In this document: positions 1 to 10,053 of the stretch, piece by piece
Layout: every line of letters starts with the position of its first letter
How positions within the stretch are numbered: position 1 is the first letter of the stretch
Origin: a candidate division WOR-3 bacterium
GTDB lineage: Bacteria; Hydrothermota; Tepidihabitantia; Tepidihabitantales; Tepidihabitantaceae
DNA: 64,000 nucleotides
NCBI GenBank assembly: GCA_965649205.1
Contig: CBFGJV010000008.1
Location: 29,479 to 93,478, forward strand
Reading direction: 5' to 3'
Position numbers and translations under genes: made by a program
The notes under the pieces: generated by a model
Told to the model about the DNA's origin: nothing
Seen by the model: the letters and a program-made list of their open reading frames with translations, nothing else
Database searches by the model: none

Positions 1-516
1 CAATCTTCTGGCCAAGAAATGGGCTGCCCCGGCTTGAGAATGTCTCACCACCACTCCGTCCACGCGCATCGCTTCAATATTACGTGCCGTGTCCAACAGG
101 GTCTCTCCCTTTTTCATGGCCGACCCCGCCTGCCCGAAATTGATACACTGCGCGCTCAGCCGATTAGCAGCTAAGGTAAAAGAGGTAGCCGTTCGGGTAG
201 AAGGTTCCAAAAACAGGTTAACTATGGTTTTACCGCGCAAAGCAGGAACTATCGGAATAGGGCGTTTCAGTACCTCCAGAAAAGTCTTGGCTTGCTTTAA
301 AATTCCCTCTATCTGGGCTCGACTCAGTCCCTCAATGCCCAGAAGATGTTTAATCGGCACTTCTGTCTGCACTGGCTCTTGCTTTGAACTCGGGCAAACT
401 GGGGAAACGGTAGGTTCCGATTTGGCGAGCGTCTTTTTCCGTCTCAGTTGTGTTTCAGTTGTTGTAGACTTACGGAGTGTATTTCTAGGCTTGCGCTTGG
501 AATCTTTCGGCTTCAC
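1..516 (-). CDS. pyrB: Aspartate carbamoyltransferase catalytic subunit, 5' part (runs off the window)
   Basis: Manual translation (absent from ORF track): KHLLGIEGL...ALRGKTIVNLFLEPSTRTATSF...KGETLLDTARNIEAM...VVRH. GTG at 516 overlaps the pyrR TGA; ~52-aa basic N-terminal extension. Confidence 0.93.
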   Translation of the reverse strand, partial: MKPKDSKRKPRNTLRKSTTTETQLRRKKTLAKSEPTVSPVCPSSKQEPVQTEVPIKHLLGIEGLSRAQIEGILKQAKTFLEVLKRPIPIVPALRGKTIVNLFLEPSTRTATSFTLAANRLSAQCINFGQAGSAMKKGETLLDTARNIEAMRVDGVVVRHSQAGAAHFLARRL

Positions 517-1049
517 CTGCGGGTAACGAAAACTCCATCCCGACCGTCTTCTTCCAAAAGGCAAATGTCTACCAGGTCCTGCCGTCGGGTAGTTATCTTT
601 GCCCCTACGAAATCGGGCTGTATCGGCAGTTCCCGGTGACCGCGATCTACAAGTACAGCAAGCTGGATTCGTTTAGGCCTTCCAAAGTCCAACAGTTCAG
701 AAAGCGCTGCCCTAACTGTGCGGCCGGTGAAGATAACATCGTCCACCAGAACCACAGTTCTACCGTTCAGATCAAAATCTATCTCCGAACCGCGTACTAT
801 CGGCGTCTCCGCCACCAAACGCAAATCGTCGCGGTACAGGGTAATATCCATTGCCCCCACGGGAATTTCAGCCCCGCGCCTCTGGGCAATAAGGCTGGCG
901 AGCCTGCGGGCTAACGGAACTCCACGTCTCTTCACGCCGATTAATACCAGGTTTTTCTCGTCTCTATTGCGTTTATCTATATCCCTCGCCAGGGCTGCTA
1001 CCAGCAATTTAACTCTGGCGGCAGAGATGGTAGGTCTTTTCGGTTTCAC
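513..1049 (-). CDS. pyrR: Bifunctional pyrimidine regulator / uracil phosphoribosyltransferase
   Basis: DITLYRDD, VVLVDDVIFTGRTVRAAL, VDRGHRELPIQPDFVG motifs; directly upstream of pyrB. Confidence 0.95.
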   Translation of the reverse strand: MKPKRPTISAARVKLLVAALARDIDKRNRDEKNLVLIGVKRRGVPLARRLASLIAQRRGAEIPVGAMDITLYRDDLRLVAETPIVRGSEIDFDLNGRTVVLVDDVIFTGRTVRAALSELLDFGRPKRIQLAVLVDRGHRELPIQPDFVGAKITTRRQDLVDICLLEEDGRDGVFVTRR

Positions 1050-1267
1050 TTTAGCAACAACGAAATAGGTATGATAACGCAGTACCCTAGAACCAAAAGC
1101 AATGGTGCGAGGGTAATGGAACCGCGGGACAGTGTAAAAAATCCGATTATGACCGTCAGTAGGCCTACGCCCATAAGGATGTAGTTTTTCTTGCCCAAAG
1201 CAATCTGGGGACGACGCGGCTTTTTAACTGTCTGGGTAACTTTCTGTTTAGCTGGTTGCTGCTTCAT
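1046..1267 (-). CDS. Small membrane protein, DUF3098-like
   Basis: GKKNYILMGVGLL..IGF and TLAPLLLVLGY pattern, two TM helices; overlaps pyrR start. Confidence 0.75.
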   Translation of the reverse strand: MKQQPAKQKVTQTVKKPRRPQIALGKKNYILMGVGLLTVIIGFFTLSRGSITLAPLLLVLGYCVIIPISLLLK

Positions 1268-1269
1268 CT

Positions 1270-1761
1270 TTATAACTCCTCGCGCCTCATCTTATTCTCA
1301 TCATCAGTCGTGTCAAGCGGCGTCTGTGCTACTGCGACCGGTCCAAATCGATCGTCCTCTGGGGTCTGTGTGAAATGATTCTCCAAGTAGGCAAGAATCT
1401 GCTCTGGGTCTTGAGGCAAAAGCAAATGTACCCCCCGGAAGTTGTCCAAAAAAGTTCTGCGAGAGAATGGAGAAAGTACCACCCCTCCCGTAGTCCGAAA
1501 GTAACGTCTAAACCTGCTCCACGGATATTTATAGCTAAACAATCGCTTGTCCACTGTCACCCCGTCTTTGTCAAACGTAAACGTAATCGGAAGAAAGTAT
1601 GTATGCAAGGCTGCAAACAGAACTACAATTGCCACTACGCCCAGAAGAACTCCGAAACGCCAAAAAGAAAAGCTTATTACCAACAATAGAATTGCGACCG
1701 CAAACCAGGTTTTGCCCGGCGTCTCCTTCGCCCGGTGTACTGTCCAACTGATCTTTTCCAT
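1270..1761 (-). CDS. Hypothetical membrane protein (two N-terminal TM helices plus small beta domain)
   Basis: 163-aa ORF, hydrophobic N-terminus, 2 bp from next gene in operon. Confidence 0.7.
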   Translation of the reverse strand: MEKISWTVHRAKETPGKTWFAVAILLLVISFSFWRFGVLLGVVAIVVLFAALHTYFLPITFTFDKDGVTVDKRLFSYKYPWSRFRRYFRTTGGVVLSPFSRRTFLDNFRGVHLLLPQDPEQILAYLENHFTQTPEDDRFGPVAVAQTPLDTTDDENKMRREEL

Positions 1762-1869
1762 AATCGATTACAGAATCCTTGTCGATTATACTGAAACCGC
1801 AGCTATGTGCTACTTACTTGACTTTCGTTCTCTCGGTGGCAATCTGAATTTACTAGCCAGGAGTAACAT

Positions 1870-3669
1870 ATGACTAATCTTCCCTCTGTTCTGAAAGGAC
1901 CTTTACCCAAGATTGGTATCAGGCCGACGATAGACGGGCGACGCGGTGTACGCGAGTCGCTGGAAAAACAGGTGAAAGCAATGGCCCATGCGGCTGCGCG
2001 CTTCATATCTTCAAAACTGAGGTATCCTGACGGAAGACGTGTAAAGGTAGTAATCGCCGACGAATGTATCGGTGGGGCGGCAGAGGCCGCGGCCTGTGCC
2101 GAAAAATTCGCCCGCGAAGGCGTGGGCGTCTCCCTTACAGTCACACCCTGCTGGTGCTACGGAACAGAAACCATGGACACAGACCCGTTCCTGCCCAAAG
2201 CCATCTGGGGCTTTAACGGCACAGAAAGACCAGGGGCGGTATATCTTGCCGCGGTTCTCGCTGGCCACAATCAGCTGGGCTTACCGGCGTTCGGCATCTA
2301 CGGTCGCGAAGTACAAGACAAAGATGACTCGTCAATTCCCCACGACGTGCAGGAAAAGCTACTCCGGTTCTGTCGAGCCGGACTGTCAGTCGCGCTTGCT
2401 CGCCAAAAGAGCTATCTGTCGATTGGCAATGTATCCATGGGCATAGCCGGTTCGGCGGTTAACCATAATTTTTTCTCTGACTACCTAGGCATGAGAGTAG
2501 TATGTGTGGATATGAGCGAGCTGGTTCGGCGGTTGGAAGAGGGAATCTACGACCTGCTTGAGTTCAAACGTGCCTATGCTTGGGTCAAGAAATATTGTCG
2601 CGAAGGCGCGGACCCTAACCCAGAACCTATGCGCCGCAGCCGCGAAGCCAAAAACCGGGAATGGCAGACCGTAATAAAAATGACCATGATGGTGAGAGAC
2701 CTAATGGTGGGTAACCCTCGTCTGGCTGAGTTGGGTTTTTCAGAAGAAGCCTTGGGCCATAATGCCATACTCGCCGGTTTTCAGGGGCAGCGCCAGTGGA
2801 CAGACCACTTTCCCAACGGGGATTTTCTCGAGGCCATCCTGAACTCTTCTTTCGACTGGAATGGCACCCGTGCCCCCTATCTGGTGGCTACCGAAAACGA
2901 CAGCTTGAATGGTGTGGCCATGCTCTTTGGCTGGCTTCTTACCGGAACGGCCCAGATATTCGCCGATGTACGTACCTACTGGAGTCCGGAAGCTGTAAAA
3001 CGGGTCACCGGGTATACGCTTACGGGCCCGGCTTCTTCTGGAATCATACACCTCATCAACTCCGGTGCCGCCTGTCTTGATGGCACAGGAGAACAATCTC
3101 GGGACAACGCTCCGGCCATAAAACCATTCTTGGAAATCACGCAGGAAGAAGTCGAAAAATGCCTTGCCGCCACTACCTGGCCCCCGGCGCTGTACGAATA
3201 CTTCCGGGGCGGTGGTTTTTCCTCCTGCTATGTCTCCCGAGGCGGGATGCCGTTGACAATGAGTCGGGTAAGCCTGGTGAAAGGACTAGGCCCGGTGCTG
3301 CAGATTGCTGAAGGATACTCGTTGGAGCTCCCGGAACACGTACACCGCACATTGGTTGAACGTACGAACGAAACCTGGCCTACCACTTGGTTTGTTCCCA
3401 GACTTACCAATAGCGGTCCTTTCCGCAGTACTTACGAAGTAATGAAGGCCTGGAGTGCCAACCATGCCGCGGTATCCTACGGTCATATCGGTGCCGACCT
3501 TGTTACTTTAGCCTCCTTGCTCCGCATCCCAGTTGCCCTGCACAACGTTCCCGAGGAAAAACTGTTTCGCCCCTCCGCCTGGGCACTATTTGGTACTGCC
3601 GACCAAGAAGGTGCTGATTTCCGTGCCTGCGCCAACTTCGGTCCGCTCTACGGCAAGGGTTCTTTGTGA
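1870..3669 (+). CDS. fucI: L-fucose isomerase
   Basis: [73 protein letters not shown]. Confidence 0.97.
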   Translation: MTNLPSVLKGPLPKIGIRPTIDGRRGVRESLEKQVKAMAHAAARFISSKLRYPDGRRVKVVIADECIGGAAEAAACAEKFAREGVGVSLTVTPCWCYGTETMDTDPFLPKAIWGFNGTERPGAVYLAAVLAGHNQLGLPAFGIYGREVQDKDDSSIPHDVQEKLLRFCRAGLSVALARQKSYLSIGNVSMGIAGSAVNHNFFSDYLGMRVVCVDMSELVRRLEEGIYDLLEFKRAYAWVKKYCREGADPNPEPMRRSREAKNREWQTVIKMTMMVRDLMVGNPRLAELGFSEEALGHNAILAGFQGQRQWTDHFPNGDFLEAILNSSFDWNGTRAPYLVATENDSLNGVAMLFGWLLTGTAQIFADVRTYWSPEAVKRVTGYTLTGPASSGIIHLINSGAACLDGTGEQSRDNAPAIKPFLEITQEEVEKCLAATTWPPALYEYFRGGGFSSCYVSRGGMPLTMSRVSLVKGLGPVLQIAEGYSLELPEHVHRTLVERTNETWPTTWFVPRLTNSGPFRSTYEVMKAWSANHAAVSYGHIGADLVTLASLLRIPVALHNVPEEKLFRPSAWALFGTADQEGADFRACANFGPLYGKGSL

Positions 3670-5025
3670 ATTTAATCTTCATCTGCCTCGATTCGTTCCG
3701 TCAAGACCACGTTGGTTTCTACCACCAAGGCCGGTCCGCGTTCATAGACGTACCTGCCTGTCGCACGCCAAACCTCGACACCTTTGCCCGTGAGTGTATC
3801 GTCTTTGACCGATTACACCCCTGCGGCCTGCCCAGTTTTCCGGTCCGTACCGAACTTCTGACAGGGCAGTTCACCCTGCCTTTTCGACCCTGGCAGGCGT
3901 TGAATTCCAGCGACCTCACGCTGCCGGAAATCCTGCGTGCAGAAGGATATGTTTCTGCCCTGATTACCGACCTGTATCACTACTTCGTACCGGGCATGAA
4001 CCTGCATCGGGGATTCGACGTTTACCGCTGGATACGCGGACAGGAGTTTGATGCTTACCAGTCACACAATACATGTCGCAACCTCAGAGATTACACAAAC
4101 GACAACTATCCGCCGCACTGGCAAAACCTCGTTGGCCGCTTCTTGGCCAACACCGACGATATAAAGGACGAACGACAGTGGTTCTGCGCACGGTTGGTTG
4201 ATCAGGCGTGCGACTGGCTCAAGAAAAATCGCTCGGACAAAAGAAAGAAATTTCTTTGGCTCGACTCGCTTGATCCCCATGAACCTTGGGATCCGCCTCC
4301 CCGATTTGACGTCTATACTGACCCTGCCTACAAAGGTCCTCGACTGGTCTTGCCCTTGGGCGGAGCTGCCAAGGACTGGGCTTCTCCCGAAGAAATACGC
4401 CATATCCGGGGTCTGTATGCAGGCGAAACCGCCTATGTTGATCACTACGTAGGAGAACTACTTGCCTGCCTGAAAGAACTGGGGTACTACGAAGATAGCG
4501 TAATCGTCATCCTTTCCGACCATGGCCATCCCTTGGCCGACCATGGCAAGTTCCTCAAGGGTACAGACCGTCTATATTCAGAATTACTCAACGTGCTTTT
4601 CCTCGTACACTTCCCCGGCTGTCAGCCGCGCCTCACCCACGCCCTAGCCCAAATGCCAGACATACTACCTACCTTGCTGGAGTTGCTAGGTTTTGCCGCC
4701 GACACTCAAACAATGGCTGGCCGTTCCCTCGTGCCCGTCCTGCGCGGTGAGAAAGATACTCATCGCGATGCCGTCATCATCGGCTACTACGAAGGTTTCG
4801 ACCGGATGCATCCGAGACGAAAACTGGAGCTATATACGCCGCCCGAACACAGAACCAGACGAATTGTATAACCTGGCCGAAGACCCACGAGAGACTCGAA
4901 GCCTGATTGACGAATACCCAGACCAAGCTCGCCGCCTAGCCGCAAAATTCGGCAATGCGTGGTACCGCCATCCGCCGCAAGCCATAAAGGGCGTCCAAGG
5001 CCGCTACGAGCTGGCTGGTTCCTGA
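3666..5025 (+). pseudogene. Ser-type sulfatase with a +1 frameshift near 4806 (pseudogene or sequence error)
   Basis: LDSFRQD, TPNLD, SFPVR (S-x-P-x-R), DPHEPWDPP, SDHGH. C-terminus CIRDENWSY..DELYNLAEDPRE lies in the other frame (4693..5025 ORF). Confidence 0.85.
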
Positions 5026-5085
5026 CCACCACTGTTTTCGCCGAAATGCTGACAGCTTGGCGTAAATTGCACGAAGTGCGGTTCC

Positions 5086-5385
5086 CCCAACTGCTCACTG
5101 ACCTGCCCAGCCGGCAATCTGGAGACCAGCCCGGTCAGCCGCCCGCCAAGCGACCCACCAAACGACTCACCTAGCCGCCCCTCCCGCAATTCTCCACTCC
5201 GTTCTCCCCTCTGCCTGCCCAACTACCCCTTGGCCAGCCCTCTGCCTAGCCCACCAGACAACCGGCTCACTCGTCCGGTCACCGGCTCGGCAAACTATTC
5301 ACCTGGCAACCTTCCTCACCGCCCGGTATTCTGCCCCCGGAACAACCCGCCAGGCCACCTACCCAGCAGCCCCCCCCAGCGACCC
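5086..5385. repeat. Degenerate C-rich 12-bp tandem repeat (~25 units)
   Basis: Units such as ccaagcgaccca, ccaaacgactca, cctagccgcccc, cccagcagcccc; unit position 6 is C in 22 of 25 units. Confidence 0.65.
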
Positions 5386-5481
5386 CCATACGAAAAAGCT
5401 TCACTTACAGCACCGCCCGTGTGCCACCTGTGCGCGGCGCTAGCGGCCTTACCTTGCGAAAGCTATACGGTGGGCAGGAAG

Positions 5482-5555
5482 TGGGCCCGGTCCGGATCGA
5501 ACGGACGACCCGCTGATTATGAGTCAGCTGCTCTGACCACCTGAGCTACGGGCCC
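5482..5555 (-). tRNA. tRNA with CAT anticodon, most likely tRNA-Ile2 (lysidine type); CCA not encoded
   Basis: GGGCCCGTAGCTCAGGTGGTCAGAGCAGCTGACTCATAATCAGCGGGTCGTCCGTTCGATCCGGACCGGGCCCA folds as a cloverleaf; GACTCATAATC anticodon arm and paired 1-72 fit Ile2 rather than fMet. Confidence 0.9.
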
Positions 5556-5699
5556 TTTTGATAAAGTCTTCGCTGTTCTTTAGCTTTTCCCGACAGAGCT
5601 AAGGGTAGCGGAAAGAAACTGCCAGTCAAGATGGTCTCGTGCCCGTCGAGGGCGAGGTGCTCCATACCCGCAAACACAAAAACTAGCCCTGCGTTTATC

Positions 5700-7223
5700 T
5701 CAGGCGAGACTTCCTACGGTAGCCTCTACTGCCTGAAGTAACTCTCCAGACCTTGCCGCAGCAGCAAGGTTGTTTATGTCGTACTGTGTAGGTCTGTCTT
5801 CTTCCAACTTGGCCACGTGCCGACGAATTGCTTCATATGCCGCCTGGGTCCCGCGTCCCAGGCCCAGCGGCCGGCGAAACTCCACCGCCTGAGCTGCTGC
5901 CATAAGTTCAATAGCTATTACATACCAAGCATTATCCAGAATTCTCGCCGCCTTTGTCGCAGAAGTAAAGGCCATAGAAACAAAGTCTTCCTGATCAGCG
6001 GCAGCAGGGATGGAGCCAGTTGCAGCCGGCGCAGAAAGTATCCTACTTTCGCACACCAGCATTCCCTGAGTGTACTGCGTAAGCATTAACCCGGAGAACA
6101 TCCCGGCTCCCTTAGTCAGAAACGCAGGCAATCCACAAGAAAGGTTACGGTTGAGAAGCCGGTTTGTTCTTCTTTCTGACAGCACCGCTACCATCGCCGT
6201 ACTTTCTCCAACAAGGTCTAAGGCCAAAGCGAGAGGTGTTCCCTGAAAATTGGCGCCCGTCAAATAAGCCTGCTCTTCCGGAAAGAAAATCGGGTTGTCA
6301 CCTACCCCGTTTAGCTCTGTTTCAAACATCTGCCTTGCCCAAGCAAGCGCATCTCTTGCTCCGCCTACCACTTGCGGCGTAGAACGTAGTGAATAGGCAT
6401 CCTGCACCTTCTTGCCTGGTTGCTTTAGCATCTCCGAATCGGCCGTAAGCCGGCGGATGTTGGCGGCGCAGTCCATGGCGCCAGGGAAACCCCTTACGCG
6501 GTGTATCCGCTCGTCATATGCGGCCATGTTTGCATTTAAAACCTCCAGCGTCATAGCCCCGGCCACCTCGGATGTCCTCAAGAAACGCTGGGTGTCACAC
6601 AGCAGCAGAGCTCCCCAGCCAGCGGTCATATTAGATCCGTTTATGAGGGCAAGCCCGTCGCGGGCGGCGAATTGTACAGTCGCAATACCCGCTTGTTTCA
6701 TAGCCTCCGCCCCGCTCATCTTCCTACCCTGGTAGAACGCTTCTCCTTCGCCCAAAAGCACGAGCGCCATCTGAGACATTGGCGAAAGGTCTCCGCATGC
6801 CCCAACCGAGCCACGATCGAAGACCACTGGCGTCACGCCCCGGTTCAACATCTCTACCAAAGTCTCTACTATTTCCGGTCGTATGCCAGAATGACCCTTT
6901 GCCAGAACGTTAATACGCGAACAGATGCCAGCCCGTACCACCTCCTCGGGCAAGGGATCTCCACATCCCGCGGAATGAGAGTACACAATGAACCGCTGAA
7001 ATCTTTCAGTTTCTTCCGGCGTGAGCACGGTCTCAGACAGTTCCCCGATTCCGGTGGTTATACCGTACATTATTGCCCGTTCTTTCACTTTCTGGTCTAT
7101 AAACTCTCGGCAGCGCAATATCCTCTCTCGCGCCGCCTGGGAAAGACTTACCTTTTCCCTGTTGCGAGCAACCCTCACTAAATCTTCAAGCTTAAGACCT
7201 TTTCCGTCTAATATCACGGCCAT
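5700..7223 (-). CDS. hutH: Histidine ammonia-lyase / aromatic amino acid lyase (MIO family)
   Basis: YGITTGIG, SHSAG, GSVGACGDL, GLALING, VQDAYSLR, GANFQG, QEDFVSM. Confidence 0.85.
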   Translation of the reverse strand: MAVILDGKGLKLEDLVRVARNREKVSLSQAARERILRCREFIDQKVKERAIMYGITTGIGELSETVLTPEETERFQRFIVYSHSAGCGDPLPEEVVRAGICSRINVLAKGHSGIRPEIVETLVEMLNRGVTPVVFDRGSVGACGDLSPMSQMALVLLGEGEAFYQGRKMSGAEAMKQAGIATVQFAARDGLALINGSNMTAGWGALLLCDTQRFLRTSEVAGAMTLEVLNANMAAYDERIHRVRGFPGAMDCAANIRRLTADSEMLKQPGKKVQDAYSLRSTPQVVGGARDALAWARQMFETELNGVGDNPIFFPEEQAYLTGANFQGTPLALALDLVGESTAMVAVLSERRTNRLLNRNLSCGLPAFLTKGAGMFSGLMLTQYTQGMLVCESRILSAPAATGSIPAAADQEDFVSMAFTSATKAARILDNAWYVIAIELMAAAQAVEFRRPLGLGRGTQAAYEAIRRHVAKLEEDRPTQYDINNLAAAARSGELLQAVEATVGSLA

Positions 7224-7243
7224 AGTTTGCTTTACCTCCTTAC

Positions 7244-7918
7244 TTAACTCTCAGCTGTACTCTGGGAATTTGTCCTTCCCCGCTGGGGACGCTGGTGTTT
7301 ATAACGAGTCTGCCTGCCTATCCTCTGTTGTTCCGCCTGGACCTGCGGTACCTGTTGTTGCTGTTGTCTGGATGCTGCGCTGGTGCTTGGTTGCTCTTTT
7401 CGTCGTAGGTGCTGGCTGTGGCTGCCCGGCCAATAGACTCGTCGGCACTTGGGGCAAAGGTTGAAGTCGTGGTGAATCTGGTAAATGAAAAAAGGTACGA
7501 AAGGTCGCGCTTCTTCCCTGGAAATCTTCGTGAGAGATTCGTTGCAGCAACTGCAACGCGAAAACGGGCTCTGTCCCGCATCTTCTTTCCTGAGCGAGCC
7601 AACGGTTACACCGGCTAACTTCTGTTTTAACTCTGCCACCTGCTCCGAAGGGTCTGGAGATGCGAGGTATATAGTACCGGGTAGCTTTGCCAGTTTCTTG
7701 CTGCGCGTAAGAAACGTGCGGGCCTGCGCTCGTGCTTCTCGGTATGCTCGAATCCCGGCCGCCGTACGGCTGTACTCCACGTCCATTCCCAAAAGACGCA
7801 GTTCTCGCGCCAGCTTTCCAAGCATTACATCGCAGAATAGCCTTTGTCCACCTGCGGCGTTCCCTCCAGGCGTTGCTGCAACTTCATCTGGAGCGAACCG
7901 GCTAACTTTTTCCATCAT
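7244..7918 (-). CDS. Mut7-C RNase (PIN + Zn ribbon) domain protein with Gln-rich tail
   Basis: CDVMLGKLARELRLLG, RCSCCN, CPKCRRVYWPGSH. Start moved to ATG 7918 because the TTG at 7954 is a -35 box. Confidence 0.85.
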   Translation of the reverse strand: MMEKVSRFAPDEVAATPGGNAAGGQRLFCDVMLGKLARELRLLGMDVEYSRTAAGIRAYREARAQARTFLTRSKKLAKLPGTIYLASPDPSEQVAELKQKLAGVTVGSLRKEDAGQSPFSRCSCCNESLTKISREEARPFVPFFIYQIHHDFNLCPKCRRVYWPGSHSQHLRRKEQPSTSAASRQQQQQVPQVQAEQQRIGRQTRYKHQRPQRGRTNSQSTAES

Positions 7919-8119
7919 GTGACCATAATCTAGCAGAAAACTACAAACGGTCAAATTGGACGGTCAGGCCGGTAGCAAACTTCAAAGTAGACGTTGCCGG
8001 ATTGCGTCCCCGGTTCTTAAATATCCTGCCCCCTTCTCACGTTCAAACTCCATCAACCTCAAACTCGCACAGAACGAAATCTTCCAGCCTCACTAGCAGC
8101 TTACACCAAAACACAAAGA

Positions 8120-8412
8120 AGTTATTTTTCATGCTACCCCAAATTGTAGTACCTAATAGGTATTTATTACGAGCATTAATTATAAATAGATATATAGGTC
8201 CGCTCCTGAGTAGATAACAACAATTTTATTTGATTTTATTAGATTGTTGCTGTTGTTGTGTATGGGGATTGGCGTGCAGACTTGCAACGCTATGATTTTG
8301 TTGAAGTTGCCAACGGGGTTTTTCACAGTGGCTCAGGTGGGTAGATGTGGAAACTTAAAGGGTTAACTGAAGTTCACGCAGTAGACGACAGGTTATGCAC
8401 CAGTTATCCCAG
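8120..8412. other. Candidate oriC unwinding region downstream of dnaA
   Basis: Very AT-rich 8155-8245; trio-like CAACAACAGCAACAA on the minus strand next to CCATACACA; degenerate DnaA boxes (TTTTTCACA, TTATCCCCA); visible C-rich to G-rich switch on the + strand. Confidence 0.65.
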
Positions 8413-9772
8413 ACATTATTCTTTCTATTTTGCTGGCAACAGTTGGATCAGTTGTACAGAGAGATTGTATTTTGTCGAGGGCGTGCATAACTGTGGTATG
8501 GTCTCTGCCCCCGAACATAGTTCCTATCTCTTTTAGTGAAAGTCCAAGTTTGTGGCGTAGTGCAAACATCGCCGCCTGCCGGGCAAGGGCCAACTGTTTG
8601 GTACGACTTGGTCCCCGAATTGCGGCGGCGGGGACGCCAAACACTTCCGCTGTCTTAGTGATAACCGCATCGGCACTGGGTGTTTGTTCTGGAGGTAGCA
8701 GGTCCTTCAAGGCTTTTTCCGCGAGCGCGAGCGAGACGGGCTCTCCGGCAAGCGACGACATGGCAGATATGCGGACAAGGCAACCTTCTAGTTCCCTGAC
8801 ATTGGATTTAACTCGGCTGGCTACATAGTGGGCTACCTCAGGTGGCAAAGACAACCCTTCCAAGGCAGCCTTATGGTGCAGTATGGCTATACGTGTTTCT
8901 AGGTCAGGCGGTTGGATGTCGACAACCAAACCAGACCCGAGTCTAGAAGTCAGCCTTTCTTCCAATGTAGGAATTTCTTTAGGCGGGCGGTCGCTTGTGA
9001 ATACAACCTGGCTGCCAGCGTTGTGTAGGTGGTTGAAAATATGAAAGATTTCCTCCTGCAGCCTCTCTTTTCCCACCAGGTAGTGTACATCGTCAAGTAG
9101 TAACAATCCCAGACACCGGTATTTGTTTTTAAACTCTAACCTTGTATCTTTTTCTATGGCCTGAATGAACTCCAAGAACAGCGTCTCCGCGGCCACATAG
9201 AGAATTTTAGCTTTGTCACCACGCTCGCTCAACAAGTGGTTTCCTATAGCATGAAGCAGGTGGGTTTTACCCAAGCCGGGTCCGCCGTAGATGAAAAGCG
9301 GGTTATAAGCCACGCCCGGTCTCTCTGCCACGCTGCGAGCTGCGGCACAGGCTAGCCGGGACGACTCCCCTACTACGAAATTTGCGAAAGTGTAGTTTGG
9401 TTTCAATCTATACGCGCTTCTTGCAGAATAAGAAGGCGAGTCAGTAATTTTCCAAGGCGAGCGTGTCCTGTGCTCATGTAACCGAGCGATGTCGTCCTGT
9501 CCCCTGGGCCGGAAAGAGACAGATAATGGTCGCGCACATACAGCAGCTAGCGCTGTTTTTATGTTTGCCGCATAACGCTGAGAGAGCCATTCCACGAAAA
9601 AGGAAGTTGGAACCTCTACTTCAATAACATCACCTTTTAGCTCGCGACCTTTGGTGGGCGACAACCAAGTATCAAATGCCTCACCGCTCACACAGGAACG
9701 CAGATACTCGAGCACTCTGTTCCAGATAGCTCCAGCATCCGCCTGAGAAACTACAGGATTATCAGTTGCCAT
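8393..9772 (-). CDS. dnaA: Chromosomal replication initiator
   Basis: YTFANFVVG, YNPLFIYGGPGLGKTHL, LLLDDV, SNVRELEG, GGRDHTTVMHA. Confidence 0.98.
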   Translation of the reverse strand: MATDNPVVSQADAGAIWNRVLEYLRSCVSGEAFDTWLSPTKGRELKGDVIEVEVPTSFFVEWLSQRYAANIKTALAAVCARPLSVSFRPRGQDDIARLHEHRTRSPWKITDSPSYSARSAYRLKPNYTFANFVVGESSRLACAAARSVAERPGVAYNPLFIYGGPGLGKTHLLHAIGNHLLSERGDKAKILYVAAETLFLEFIQAIEKDTRLEFKNKYRCLGLLLLDDVHYLVGKERLQEEIFHIFNHLHNAGSQVVFTSDRPPKEIPTLEERLTSRLGSGLVVDIQPPDLETRIAILHHKAALEGLSLPPEVAHYVASRVKSNVRELEGCLVRISAMSSLAGEPVSLALAEKALKDLLPPEQTPSADAVITKTAEVFGVPAAAIRGPSRTKQLALARQAAMFALRHKLGLSLKEIGTMFGGRDHTTVMHALDKIQSLCTTDPTVASKIERIMSGITGA

Positions 9773-9807
9773 CTACGCCCCCACATCTTCATACAGATAT
9801 CACCCGG

Positions 9808-9894
9808 TTATCCACATAATTATCCACATAGCATCCTGCTTGTAAATCTTTATAAGAGTTAATGTTACACTAGTAGAGATAGAAATAATCCACA
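9808..9894 (+). promoter_or_regulatory. DnaA boxes upstream of dnaA
   Basis: Perfect TTATCCACA at 9808-9816 and 9820-9828; TAATCCACA at 9886-9894. Confidence 0.9.
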
Positions 9895-10053
9895 ATTGTC
9901 TATTCTGTTGCTGCCTTGCGCATAATATGTCGGCAAAGAAAAGTGTCAAGAAAAAGAATGTCGGCGCTGACAATTTTCTCACAGGAAACAGATTTGTTGC
10001 GTCGGTATCGGACCTGGTTATGCCGGCTTGGTAAGTAGAAGGTTCGAACTACA

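Noticed and set aside
5482..5555. tRNA as attachment site of a prophage or island
   Set aside because: No integrase and no duplicated tRNA 3' end seen in the window
9800..9982. 60-aa ORF upstream of dnaA
   Set aside because: Its MWIIMWITG end is just the translation of the DnaA boxes; no RBS
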